A stretch of DNA of 24,943 bases, from NCBI GenBank assembly GCA_034722575.1, contig JAYEOD010000061.1, positions 1-24,943 of the forward strand. Reading direction: 5' to 3'. Numbering within the stretch: position 1 is the first letter of the stretch; every line of letters starts with the position of its first letter. Source of the stretch: Bacteroidota bacterium (GTDB taxonomy: Bacteria > Bacteroidota > Bacteroidia > Bacteroidales > JAIPAH01). The notes beneath the pieces were generated by a model that was not told the origin of the DNA, ran no database searches, and worked only from the letters and a program-made list of their open reading frames with translations. Shown piece after piece: positions 7,759-16,636 of this stretch. A program made the position numbers and the translations under genes.

Positions 7759-7837
7759 AATGTTTAGTATCTAAATTATTCAGATTCTCATTATTGTGAG
7801 ACTACTAGATAATTGATTTTAACGGAATGTAAACATT
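7759..7837 (+). promoter_or_regulatory. Structured leader upstream of rpsB (candidate S2 autoregulatory element)
   Basis: Three nested stems: AATGTTTA/TAAACATT (7759-7766/7830-7837), TATCTA/TAGATA (7768-7773/7806-7811), TCTCAT/GTGAGA (7786-7791/7796-7801). Ends 13 nt before the rpsB ATG. Confidence 0.55.
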
Positions 7838-7850
7838 AAAAACAATCAAA

Positions 7851-8720
7851 ATGCCTAGAGTAAATTTTGATCAATTATTAGATGCAGGTGTGCATTTCGG
7901 ACACCTGAAAAGAAAGTGGAATCCTAGTATGGCTCCTTATATTTTTATGGAGCGTAATGATATTCACGTAATAGACTTGTACAAGACTCAAGCAAAACTT
8001 GAAGAAGCAGCTGATGCAATGAGACAAATAGCAAAATCTGGTAAAAAGATTTTATTTGTTGCAACAAAAAAGCAGGCTCAAGATATTGTACAAGAAAAAG
8101 CTAAGGCTGTAGGGATGCCTTTCATGACTGAGCGTTGGCCGGGAGGTCTTCTTACTAACTTTGCTACAATTCGTAAAGCAGTTAAGAAGATGTCTTACAT
8201 CGATAAGTTGATGAAGAACCCTGCTACTTTAAAAAATATAGCAAAACGTGAGCGTCTTCAAATTACACGTGAGCGTGAGAAGCTGGAGAAGCAATTAGGT
8301 GGTATTGCTGATTTAAACAGATTGCCTTCTGCGTTATTTGTTGTTGATATTAACAAAGAGCATATTGCTATAAAAGAGGCTCGTAAATTGAATATCCCTA
8401 CTTTTGCAATGGTAGATACAAATTCAGATCCAACTCTTGTGGATTTCCCTATCCCTGCTAATGACGATGCATCAAAGTCTATCGCACTTATTCTTGACGT
8501 GGTAGTTAAGGCTACTGAAGAAGGTCTTATGGAGAGAAAAGCTGAGAGAGCTGAGAAAGATGAGAAGATAAGGAAAGATAAAGAAGCTAAGAAGCAGGAA
8601 AAGCAATTAGCTGAAGCTAAAAAGGCTGAAGAGAAGAAGGCTGAAGCTAAAAAAGCTGAAGAGGAGAAGGCTGAAGTAAAAACTGAAGAGGTGAAGAAAA
8701 CAGACTCGGAAAAGGAGTAA
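7851..8720 (+). CDS. rpsB: 30S ribosomal protein S2 with charged C-terminal tail
   Basis: LLDAGVHFGH, WNPSMAPYIF, RWPGGLLTNF, DTNSDP, IPANDDA. Confidence 0.99.
   Translation: MPRVNFDQLLDAGVHFGHLKRKWNPSMAPYIFMERNDIHVIDLYKTQAKLEEAADAMRQIAKSGKKILFVATKKQAQDIVQEKAKAVGMPFMTERWPGGLLTNFATIRKAVKKMSYIDKLMKNPATLKNIAKRERLQITREREKLEKQLGGIADLNRLPSALFVVDINKEHIAIKEARKLNIPTFAMVDTNSDPTLVDFPIPANDDASKSIALILDVVVKATEEGLMERKAERAEKDEKIRKDKEAKKQEKQLAEAKKAEEKKAEAKKAEEEKAEVKTEEVKKTDSEKE
8610..8681 (+). repeat. In-frame 30-bp tandem repeat in the S2 tail (AEAKKAEEKK / AEAKKAEEEK / AEVK)
   Basis: Units 8610-8639 and 8640-8669 are 28/30 identical; a degenerate third unit starts at 8670. Confidence 0.9.
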
Positions 8721-8747
8721 TTCAATAATATCTTAAAAGAAATTAAC

Positions 8748-9584
8748 ATGGCGAAAATAAGTGCTAAAGAAGTAAATGAGCTTCGTAAAAGAACGGGCGT
8801 TGGCATGATGGACTGTAAAAAGGCTCTTCAGGAAGCTGAAGGCGATTTTGATAAGGCTATTGAAATTCTTCGTAAAAAAGGTCAGAAGTTGGCTAACAAG
8901 CGTGCTGATAGATCTGCAAACGAAGGTTATGTTATTGCAAAAGCTTCTCAGGATGGGAAATTTGCAGCAATGATGATGTTGAATTGCGAAACTGACTTTG
9001 TTGCTAAGAATAGTGATTTTGTTGCCTTTGCTAATAAACTAATTGATATAGCTATTGTTAACAAAGCTGCTAATCTTGATGAGTTTAAAGCAATTAAATT
9101 AGATGATAAAACTGTTTCAGAAGCTGTTATTGAAATGGTTGGACGAACTGGTGAGAAACTGGAATTGTCTGCTTATAATAGTCTTTCTGCTGAATCGGTA
9201 GCTGTTTATAATCACCAAGGAAATCGTCTTGCTTCAATATTGAGTATGAATATTCCTATTACTGATGCTATTGTTAAGGTTGGTCATGAGGTTGCTATGC
9301 AAATTGCAGCAATGAATCCTGCCGGTCTTGATGAAAGTGACGTGCCGGCTGAAATTCTTGAAAAAGAACTTGAGATCGGAAGAGAGCAAGCTCGTAAAGA
9401 AGGTAAGCCGGAACAAATCATCGAAAAAATTGCTCAAGGTAAATTAAATAAATTCCTTAAGGAAAATACTTTGGTAAACCAAGAGTCAATTCGTGAAGCT
9501 AAAACTTCTGTTAAGGATTATCTTAAAAAGACTGATAAAGATCTTGCTGTTACTAAATTTTTCCGTTTAGAATTAGGAGAGTAA
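8748..9584 (+). CDS. tsf: Translation elongation factor Ts
   Basis: VNELRKRTGVGMMDCKKAL, NCETDFVAKN, EKIAQGKLNKF. Confidence 0.99.
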   Translation: MAKISAKEVNELRKRTGVGMMDCKKALQEAEGDFDKAIEILRKKGQKLANKRADRSANEGYVIAKASQDGKFAAMMMLNCETDFVAKNSDFVAFANKLIDIAIVNKAANLDEFKAIKLDDKTVSEAVIEMVGRTGEKLELSAYNSLSAESVAVYNHQGNRLASILSMNIPITDAIVKVGHEVAMQIAAMNPAGLDESDVPAEILEKELEIGREQARKEGKPEQIIEKIAQGKLNKFLKENTLVNQESIREAKTSVKDYLKKTDKDLAVTKFFRLELGE

Positions 9585-9604
9585 TAATACAGATTTTATT
9601 AAAT

Positions 9605-9641
9605 AAAAAAAGGCTGAAATCATTTGATTTCAGCCTTTTTT
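9605..9641. terminator. Bidirectional intrinsic terminator between tsf and yqeY
   Basis: A7, GGCTGAAATC, loop ATTT, GATTTCAGCC, T6. Confidence 0.93.
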
Positions 9642-9663
9642 AGTTTAATGCTATGATGTTTTA

Positions 9664-10116
9664 TTAGCTTAACAGCTCTTTTATAAGAGAGGAGACTATC
9701 TTATTGTCTGCTTTTCCGGCAAGTTGTTTTGAAGCCATTCCCATTATCTTCCCCATATCTTTCATTGAGGAAGCACCTTCGTTTTTAATAATAGAGTTAA
9801 TTACCTCACGCACTTCCTTCTCGTCCATTTGTGCCGGAAGAAAATTTTCTATAATTTGTGCTTGATATAATTCATTTTCAGCTAATTCTTCGCGATTTTG
9901 CTCTTTATAAATTATAGCACTCTCTTTTCTTTGCTTTACAAGTTTTTGTAGTAACTTTAGTTCAATGCTCTCAGGAACTTCTGTTGTAGAGGTGTCTCTA
10001 CCTGTTTTTTCGAGTAGCAGTGCTGCTTTTATTGCTCGTAGTGCCTCAAGCTTGCGTTTGTCTCTGGAACGCATTGCTTGTTTTATATCCTCGTTAATTA
10101 TTTTTTCTAAACTCAT
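9664..10116 (-). CDS. yqeY: GatB/YqeY domain protein
   Basis: DIKQAMRSRDK..LRAIKAA, KQRKES, FLPAQM, SMKDMGKIMG; usual Bacteroidota position after ftsZ. Confidence 0.9.
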   Translation of the reverse strand: MSLEKIINEDIKQAMRSRDKRKLEALRAIKAALLLEKTGRDTSTTEVPESIELKLLQKLVKQRKESAIIYKEQNREELAENELYQAQIIENFLPAQMDEKEVREVINSIIKNEGASSMKDMGKIMGMASKQLAGKADNKIVSSLIKELLS

Positions 10117-10144
10117 AATTTATGTTTTTAAATTTCAGCGATAC

Positions 10145-10178
10145 AAAAAAACGTCAAGAAATAGTTCTTGACGTTTTT
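10145..10178 (-). terminator. Intrinsic terminator at the end of the dcw cluster, after ftsZ
   Basis: Stem CGTCAAGAA/TTCTTGACG (10152-10160/10165-10173), 4-nt loop, U7 on the minus strand. It lies 28 nt before the yqeY ATG. Confidence 0.85.
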
Positions 10179-10186
10179 GTAATTAT

Positions 10187-11959
10187 TTAGTCTATATTTT
10201 TATGTATATAGCTATTGTTTTTTTTAATAATTGTTTCGTTATTTTTGTTTACAGATACCTGATAGTCTGTATTGTGCTCTTCGTCAGATGTTGGAGTATT
10301 ATCAAGAATTATACCTTTACGTTTATATGCTGATTCTGAATGCATTTTTTCCTGCTGTTTTTTAGTCAACGGAGTAGCACTGTAATGTCTTAGCTGTTTT
10401 ACTCTTTCGCTAGCATTTATTTGTGATTTGTCGTAAACAGAATCTCTGTTATTTGGATATATATTGTTGATTTTTTTAACTTTCTTTTTTGTAAAAGTAA
10501 AGGGTTGTTCCTCTTTTGGTAAATCGTTGTTTATATTGTTAATCTCTTCATGAATAGGCTCGTCATCTTGCGTGAAATTGTTGTCAGAATTGATTTTAGA
10601 AGGCGTTGTTGTCGGCTTTACGTTAGTCGGAGTCTCTATTATATCATCATGATTATTAATTTTGTTAAAAGAGAGATCCTCTTCTTGTGAAGTAGATTCG
10701 ATTTCAGGAAGAGTATTTTCTTCTTTTATTACCGGTTGTTGAGGGTATTCGAACTCGATATTTTCAGGTGTTTGAGATTCTGTCTCAATTTTTTCCCCGG
10801 TTTCAAAGTCGTAAACAACTTTTTTTGTAGGTTCTTGAATATCTAAATCAACTAACGATGTTGATTCGTTGTTTTGATTGGGAGTTTCTGGTAAATTTGG
10901 AGTTTTATTTTGTTGAATCGGAGTGTCAAAAGAGAATGAGTTGTTAGTAGTTTCGTTATTGCTTTTCTTGTATAAGTTATGAATAACTTTTGTATCTTCT
11001 TTTTTAGTCTCTTGTTGTTTTTCGAATCCTGTGGCAACTAAAGTAATTTTGATGTTTTTCCCTAATGTTTCATCTATTCCTGTGCCCCATATCACATCTG
11101 AGTCGTCACCGGCTTTATCTGTAATATATTCTGCAATATCAGTAACTTCATTAAGCGACATTTCTTCGGTTCCTGATGAGATATATAACAAGATGTTTGC
11201 AGCTCCTTTAATGTTGCTATCTGCTAAAAGAGGCGACGAAAGAACTGCTTCGCTACATTTAATTGCACGATCTTCTCCTTCGGCAGTGGCAGTACTCATA
11301 ATTGATTTGCCGCCATTTTCCATTACTGTTTTAACATCTTCAAAGTCAACATTAATAATACCTGTTACGGTAATTAATTCGGCTATACCTTTTGATGCAG
11401 TGGTTAAAATATTATCTGCTTTAGCAAAAGCCTCTTTAAGCATCATTTCGGGATGAATGTCTCTAAGTTTATCGTTAACGATAATAAGGATTGTGTCAAC
11501 GTTTTTTCTTAGCTCTTCGATGCCTTGTTGAGCTTGTAATTTGCGTCTTTTTCCTTCGAAAGAAAAAGGGATAGTAACAATTGCGATAGTTAATATGCCA
11601 AGTTCTTTGGAAACGGAAGCTATTACCGGAGCAGCACCAGTGCCTGTTCCACCACCCATTCCAGCAGTGATAAAGAGCATTTGTGTGTTTTTTTCCAGAA
11701 CTTCGCGTATTTCGTCTATGCTTTCTAGAGCTGCTTCGCGTCCTATGGAAGGTTTATTACCGGCTCCGCGACCTGTTTTTCCCAGCGCTATTTTTTTTGG
11801 TACAGGACTGTTTTTTAATGCTTGCTCATCGGTGTTTGCAATAATAAAATCTACATCTTTAATTCCTTCTTGGAACATATTGTCAACAGCATTATTTCCG
11901 CCGCCGCCTACACCAATGACTTTAATAATATTATTTGAGGAATGGTTGAATTTTAACAT
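10187..11959 (-). CDS. ftsZ: Cell division protein FtsZ with long disordered linker
   Basis: IKVIGVGGGG, NTDEQAL, AGMGGGTGTGAAP, PFSFEG, INVDFEDV; Bacteroidota-type tail (SAYKRKG...NNSYIHKNID); 590 aa. Confidence 0.98.
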   Translation of the reverse strand: MLKFNHSSNNIIKVIGVGGGGNNAVDNMFQEGIKDVDFIIANTDEQALKNSPVPKKIALGKTGRGAGNKPSIGREAALESIDEIREVLEKNTQMLFITAGMGGGTGTGAAPVIASVSKELGILTIAIVTIPFSFEGKRRKLQAQQGIEELRKNVDTILIIVNDKLRDIHPEMMLKEAFAKADNILTTASKGIAELITVTGIINVDFEDVKTVMENGGKSIMSTATAEGEDRAIKCSEAVLSSPLLADSNIKGAANILLYISSGTEEMSLNEVTDIAEYITDKAGDDSDVIWGTGIDETLGKNIKITLVATGFEKQQETKKEDTKVIHNLYKKSNNETTNNSFSFDTPIQQNKTPNLPETPNQNNESTSLVDLDIQEPTKKVVYDFETGEKIETESQTPENIEFEYPQQPVIKEENTLPEIESTSQEEDLSFNKINNHDDIIETPTNVKPTTTPSKINSDNNFTQDDEPIHEEINNINNDLPKEEQPFTFTKKKVKKINNIYPNNRDSVYDKSQINASERVKQLRHYSATPLTKKQQEKMHSESAYKRKGIILDNTPTSDEEHNTDYQVSVNKNNETIIKKNNSYIHKNID

Positions 11960-12048
11960 TTTATGTCGCTTATGTTTTCTTTAAAATTATTTAAAAATAT
12001 TGTTTGTTTTTGTGTTGAATAAAATAGTTATTCACAATCAATAGTTAA

Positions 12049-13371
12049 TTACTTGTAGTTGTCTTCTTCAAAAAGATCGATGATTTTCTTTAAGAATTTA
12101 TTCGAAACTTTTGGTTTGCGAATTGTGTCTTTAAAGGAATCTTCTGATGTCTCTACTGTTTCTGTTAAATCCGAGGATTTTTTTAATTCTTCCTCTTTTT
12201 GAGATTCATTTTCTTTAATACCATTATATACCAAACCTATAGCGGTGGCGTACATAGGAAGTGTTATCTCTTTTTGAGTGCCACTTGCCAGATGCTCGGT
12301 AGGGTATCCGATACGAGTGTCCATTCCTGTAACAAATTCAGTAAGTTCGCGGATATGCTTAAGCTGTGCTCCTCCGCCTGTTAAAACAATGCCTCCAATA
12401 AGTTTGTTTTCGTATCCCGAATTTTTAATTTCAAAATATACTTGTTCAATAATCTCTTCTATTCGTGCTTGAATAATGCTGGATAGATTTTTTAATGAGA
12501 TCTCTTTTGGAGGTCTTCCGCGTAATCCGGGAATGGAAACCACCTCTTCTATGCGGTTTTTATTTGATAGGGCAGAGCCAAATTTTACTTTTAAATCTTC
12601 GGCATGTCTTTTTATAATGGAACATCCTTCTTTTACGTCTTCAGTAATAGCAGAGCCTCCAAAAGGAATTACAGCTGTATGACGTAATATTTTTTCTTGA
12701 AAAATAGTGATATCTGTAGTGCCACCTCCTATATCTACTAAAACAACACCAGCCTCTTTTTCCTCTTCATTTAAAACAGAATCGGAAGAAGCTAGAGGTT
12801 CTAGTATTAATTTATCGCATGTTAGTCCTGCTTTGTTAACACATTTTATAATGTTTTTTACAGCCGCAGTTAATCCTGTTATAATATGAAAATTGGCTTC
12901 TAATGTGTTGCCCATCATACCAACAGGTTGTTTTATTCCCGGCTCATCATCCAAAGTAAATTCTTGTGGAATTACTGAAATAATCTCTTCTCCGGGTTTA
13001 ATGCCAACATTATACATGCTATTTATAAGGTCATCAATATCTTTATTATCAATTTCCTCTTCGCTATTGTCGCGTATAATACTTCCCCTGTGTTGATGAC
13101 TCTTAATATGTTGCCCTGCAATTCCTACTTTAACAACCTCAATAGTAACATTCGATTTTCTTTCTGCTTCTTCTACGGCTTTTTTAATTGAAGCTACAGT
13201 GTTATCGATGTTTATTACAACACCACGCTTTACACCAATAGACTCTGCTTTGCCATATCCAAGGATTTCGATTTTACCTTTATCATTTTTTCGACCTACT
13301 ATAGCCGCAATTTTGGTAGTACCAATATCCAGTCCAACTATTATTTCATTTTCATTACTATTCGTATGCAT
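12049..13371 (-). CDS. ftsA: Cell division protein FtsA
   Basis: VGLDIGTTKI, LVDIGGGTTD, GIVLTGGGAQL, amphipathic C-terminus KFLKKIIDLF. Confidence 0.98.
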   Translation of the reverse strand: MHTNSNENEIIVGLDIGTTKIAAIVGRKNDKGKIEILGYGKAESIGVKRGVVINIDNTVASIKKAVEEAERKSNVTIEVVKVGIAGQHIKSHQHRGSIIRDNSEEEIDNKDIDDLINSMYNVGIKPGEEIISVIPQEFTLDDEPGIKQPVGMMGNTLEANFHIITGLTAAVKNIIKCVNKAGLTCDKLILEPLASSDSVLNEEEKEAGVVLVDIGGGTTDITIFQEKILRHTAVIPFGGSAITEDVKEGCSIIKRHAEDLKVKFGSALSNKNRIEEVVSIPGLRGRPPKEISLKNLSSIIQARIEEIIEQVYFEIKNSGYENKLIGGIVLTGGGAQLKHIRELTEFVTGMDTRIGYPTEHLASGTQKEITLPMYATAIGLVYNGIKENESQKEEELKKSSDLTETVETSEDSFKDTIRKPKVSNKFLKKIIDLFEEDNYK

Positions 13372-13376
13372 AACCG

Positions 13377-14162
13377 TTATATTTTAGAACATACAATTTG
13401 ATTCTTGTATTTCAGGTTAATTTGTTTGTATTTCCAGCCATTATTTCTAATGGCTTGTTTGTAGAAAGCTTCTAGTTTTTCGAATTTGTTTTTGTATCCG
13501 AAAATGTCGCCAAAGATAATTATTTGTTCGCCAATTTTAGGTGTAATTTCGTATTCCTGCTTAGTGTTGATGTATATTTGGTCTATCTGAGCATTTAAAA
13601 AGACTTGTTTATCAATGTAGTTAGCTAAGATAAAAATATCTTTAAAATTTTTTAAATTTTTAGAATTATAGATATTAACATTATTTGTTAATAAGTCGTT
13701 ATCAGGTATGTTTTTTATGTGTCCGCTTACTATAATAACGCGTGCAGGATGTTTTGGGTTTACCGGTAGTAAGTTACCTTTTCTATCGATATAAAAATCT
13801 TGTCTGCCTGTGTTTATTATTCTTACTAGTGGCGAAAAGGGTTTTATTTTTATTTCTAGTGTACTTGATAAGCTGATATACACATCGGCATCTTGAATGT
13901 AGGGATTTTGTTTTAATGTTTTTTCAAGAAGTTCGGTATTGATATTTTTGTTTTGTAATCCTGCTAAAGAGTCGTATTTTGAATATATTATTTTTTCAAT
14001 ATTTTGTTTTGAGATGATAGTTTCTCCATAATCTGATGATAAAGTTATTTCAACCGATTGGCAAATTGCTTCGTCGTGAAATTTATTTGCATAAAATATA
14101 ACGAAACCAAATGCTATACTTGCTGCAAACCATAATGTGATATGAAGTATTTTTTTAATCAT
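13377..14162 (-). CDS. ftsQ: Cell division protein FtsQ/DivIB (Bacteroidota type)
   Basis: N-terminal TM helix, POTRA-like LEKTLKQNPYIQDADVY, FYIDRKG, C-terminal INLKYKNQIVCSK; located between murC and ftsA. Confidence 0.88.
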   Translation of the reverse strand: MIKKILHITLWFAASIAFGFVIFYANKFHDEAICQSVEITLSSDYGETIISKQNIEKIIYSKYDSLAGLQNKNINTELLEKTLKQNPYIQDADVYISLSSTLEIKIKPFSPLVRIINTGRQDFYIDRKGNLLPVNPKHPARVIIVSGHIKNIPDNDLLTNNVNIYNSKNLKNFKDIFILANYIDKQVFLNAQIDQIYINTKQEYEITPKIGEQIIIFGDIFGYKNKFEKLEAFYKQAIRNNGWKYKQINLKYKNQIVCSKI

Positions 14163-15519
14163 TGTATTTAGTCTTTAGCAGTTGTTCAATAGGTTTTATT
14201 AATCTGTCAATATCTCCTGCTCCTAATGTTAGGAGTATGTCTGTTTTTAATGTGGAAACTTTTTTAATTATTTCGTCTTTCTCTAATAATGATTTTTTCT
14301 TTATGGATATTTTATCCAGAAGAAATTTTGATGTTATACCCGGAATTGCCTCTTCGCGAGCAGGATAAATGGGCAGCAAAATAACTTCGTCTAACATACT
14401 CAAACTGGTAGCAAATTCATCTGCAAAATCGCGTGTTCGGGTAAAAAGATGTGGCTGGAAAATTCCTGTTATTGTTTTGTTAGGATAAAGGTTTTTTACA
14501 GCCTCTATGCACGATTTTATTTCGTTTGGATGGTGTGCATAGTCGTCGATATAAGTTATTGTGGCATGTTTATAACGATAGTCAAATCTGCGTTCTACTC
14601 CCTTAAAAGTTTTTAATCCGGAAATTATTTTTTCGTTGGGGATGTGCAAAAGTTTTGCTATGGCAGATGCAACCAGCGAATTTAAGGCGTTGTATCTTCC
14701 CGGTAACGGAAAAGAGACCTCTTTTAGCAGCTCCTCTTGTAACAAATAGTCTAAAATATGTATTCCATTATGATACCCTTTTGTGGTTACCGAAAAAGCG
14801 GTTTTTGTATTGTATCCGTATTCAAGAAAATTGATATTAGACTTTGTTACAGCGGGCAATTGATCTAGAACAATTGCTGTTCCGTTTGGTCTTATATTAT
14901 CAAGAAATTCGTTGAAAGTGTCCTCTAGTGCATTTTTATTATCGTATATGTCTAAATGATCCGCATCCATAGAGGTTATGACAGCAATATCCGGACTTAT
15001 CTTCAGAAAAGATCGGTCGTATTCGTCGGCTTCTACAACAACTATTTCGGTGTTTTTGGATATAATGCAATTTGAATTGAAATTTTTGGCAATGCCTCCA
15101 ATAAAAGCGGAGACATTTTTTCCGGCATGATTCAATAAGTGAGCTACCAGCGAAGTTACAGAGGTTTTTCCGTGTGTTCCGGCTATGGCAATAGTGAAGT
15201 GCTCTTTCGAGATCATACCTAATATTTCGGCTCGCTTAAATAGTGGTGTTTTGCGGTTTTTTATAGCCTGAAATTCTAAAAGTGAATTTGGAATAGCGGG
15301 CGTATAAATAACCATGTCGATATTGTCAGGAATCTTATTAGGATTATCTTTATAGTGAATCGTCATTCCTTCTTCCGATAATTTTTGAGTGAGTGGGGAA
15401 GGGGTTTTGTCATAACCGTGTACGTCGATATTACGTGAATTGAAATAACGCGCCAGGGCGCTCATTCCTATGCCGCCAATTCCTAAAAAGTATATTTTAT
15501 GTAGATTTTTTATATCCAA
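14155..15519 (-). CDS. murC: UDP-N-acetylmuramate--L-alanine ligase (TTG start)
   Basis: FLGIGGIGMSALA, GYDK, AGTHGKTS, EADEYDRSF, DDYAHHP, FQPHLFTRT. Confidence 0.97.
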   Translation of the reverse strand: MDIKNLHKIYFLGIGGIGMSALARYFNSRNIDVHGYDKTPSPLTQKLSEEGMTIHYKDNPNKIPDNIDMVIYTPAIPNSLLEFQAIKNRKTPLFKRAEILGMISKEHFTIAIAGTHGKTSVTSLVAHLLNHAGKNVSAFIGGIAKNFNSNCIISKNTEIVVVEADEYDRSFLKISPDIAVITSMDADHLDIYDNKNALEDTFNEFLDNIRPNGTAIVLDQLPAVTKSNINFLEYGYNTKTAFSVTTKGYHNGIHILDYLLQEELLKEVSFPLPGRYNALNSLVASAIAKLLHIPNEKIISGLKTFKGVERRFDYRYKHATITYIDDYAHHPNEIKSCIEAVKNLYPNKTITGIFQPHLFTRTRDFADEFATSLSMLDEVILLPIYPAREEAIPGITSKFLLDKISIKKKSLLEKDEIIKKVSTLKTDILLTLGAGDIDRLIKPIEQLLKTKYND

Positions 15520-15522
15520 TGT

Positions 15523-16635
15523 TTACTGTTTTATGTTTTTTAATATTTCTTTCGCAATGGTTTCTGTAGCATTTGGTTTGGCGAAAAATTTAATGTTTTT
15601 TTCCAGTTTTGTTATCTCCAATTCGTTTTTTAATAATGTAGTAATGGTATTGTAAAGATCTTTATTAGTATCGGAGTTTTTAATTAATTTGGCAGCGTTT
15701 TTTTCAACTAACTGTAAAGCATTTTTTGTTTGATGATCTTCGGCTGCTGTGGGTAAAGGGACAAAAACACACGCTTTTCCTGTTATGCTTAACTCTGCAA
15801 TAGACAGGGCTCCGGCTCTGGAGACAACAATATCTGCAGCAGCAAAAGCATCGTCGATGTTATTGATAAATACAAAAGGTTTTACTCCCGAAATATTTAA
15901 TCGTTTAATATCGAATTTTGCTTGTTGTATATAATGTTTTCCTGTTTGCCAGATTAATTGAATGTCATCGTTATGGTATTTATCGAGATGATTATGGATA
16001 GCTTCGTTTATAGCACGGGCTCCTTGACTGCCTCCCATAATAAATACGGTTGGTTTATTTTCATCGAGATGGAATATTTTTCGTGCTCTGCTTTTTGTTT
16101 TAAGTTCTCTGAGTAGTGATAATCTTATTGGGTTTCCTGAAAAAATGGTTTTTTCTTTTGCAAAAAAAGAGTCCATATTTTCATATGCCACAAATATTTT
16201 CACAGCTTTTTTTGCTGATAATTTATTTGTAATTCCGGGAAAAGAATTTTGCTCCTGTAAAAACGTAGGAATGTTTCTGTTTTGAGCAATGCGTAGTGTA
16301 GGACCGCTGGCATAGCCGCCAAAACCTACTACAGCATCGGGTGCGAATTGTTTAATTGTTTTACGTGCTTTAAAAAGGCTGTAAAGCAACATAAAAGGGA
16401 ATTTCAGATTTTGTAATGAGAAATTTCTTTGTATTCCCATTATAGGTAGCCCTACAATATCGTATCCTGCTTCAGGAACTTTTTCCATCTCCATGCGACC
16501 TGTTGCTCCAATGAAAAGTATTTTAGCTTTTGGATGCAGTGTTTTAATTTTATCTGCAACAGCTAAAGCAGGAAGAATATGTCCTCCTGTTCCTCCTGCG
16601 CTGAAAATAATCTTTATATTTTCTTTTTTATTCAT
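15523..16635 (-). CDS. murG: MurG glycosyltransferase (start placed at ATG 16635, 1 nt after the ftsW stop)
   Basis: GGTGGHILPA, GFGGYASGP, EQNSFPG, GGSQGA, SRAGA, EDHQTKNA. Confidence 0.97.
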   Translation of the reverse strand: MNKKENIKIIFSAGGTGGHILPALAVADKIKTLHPKAKILFIGATGRMEMEKVPEAGYDIVGLPIMGIQRNFSLQNLKFPFMLLYSLFKARKTIKQFAPDAVVGFGGYASGPTLRIAQNRNIPTFLQEQNSFPGITNKLSAKKAVKIFVAYENMDSFFAKEKTIFSGNPIRLSLLRELKTKSRARKIFHLDENKPTVFIMGGSQGARAINEAIHNHLDKYHNDDIQLIWQTGKHYIQQAKFDIKRLNISGVKPFVFINNIDDAFAAADIVVSRAGALSIAELSITGKACVFVPLPTAAEDHQTKNALQLVEKNAAKLIKNSDTNKDLYNTITTLLKNELEITKLEKNIKFFAKPNATETIAKEILKNIKQ

Positions 16636-16636
16636 A

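Noticed and set aside
8258-8806. 182-aa antisense ORF over rpsB/tsf
   Set aside because: S/A/F-rich mirror of the low-complexity S2 tail; fully overlaps essential genes.
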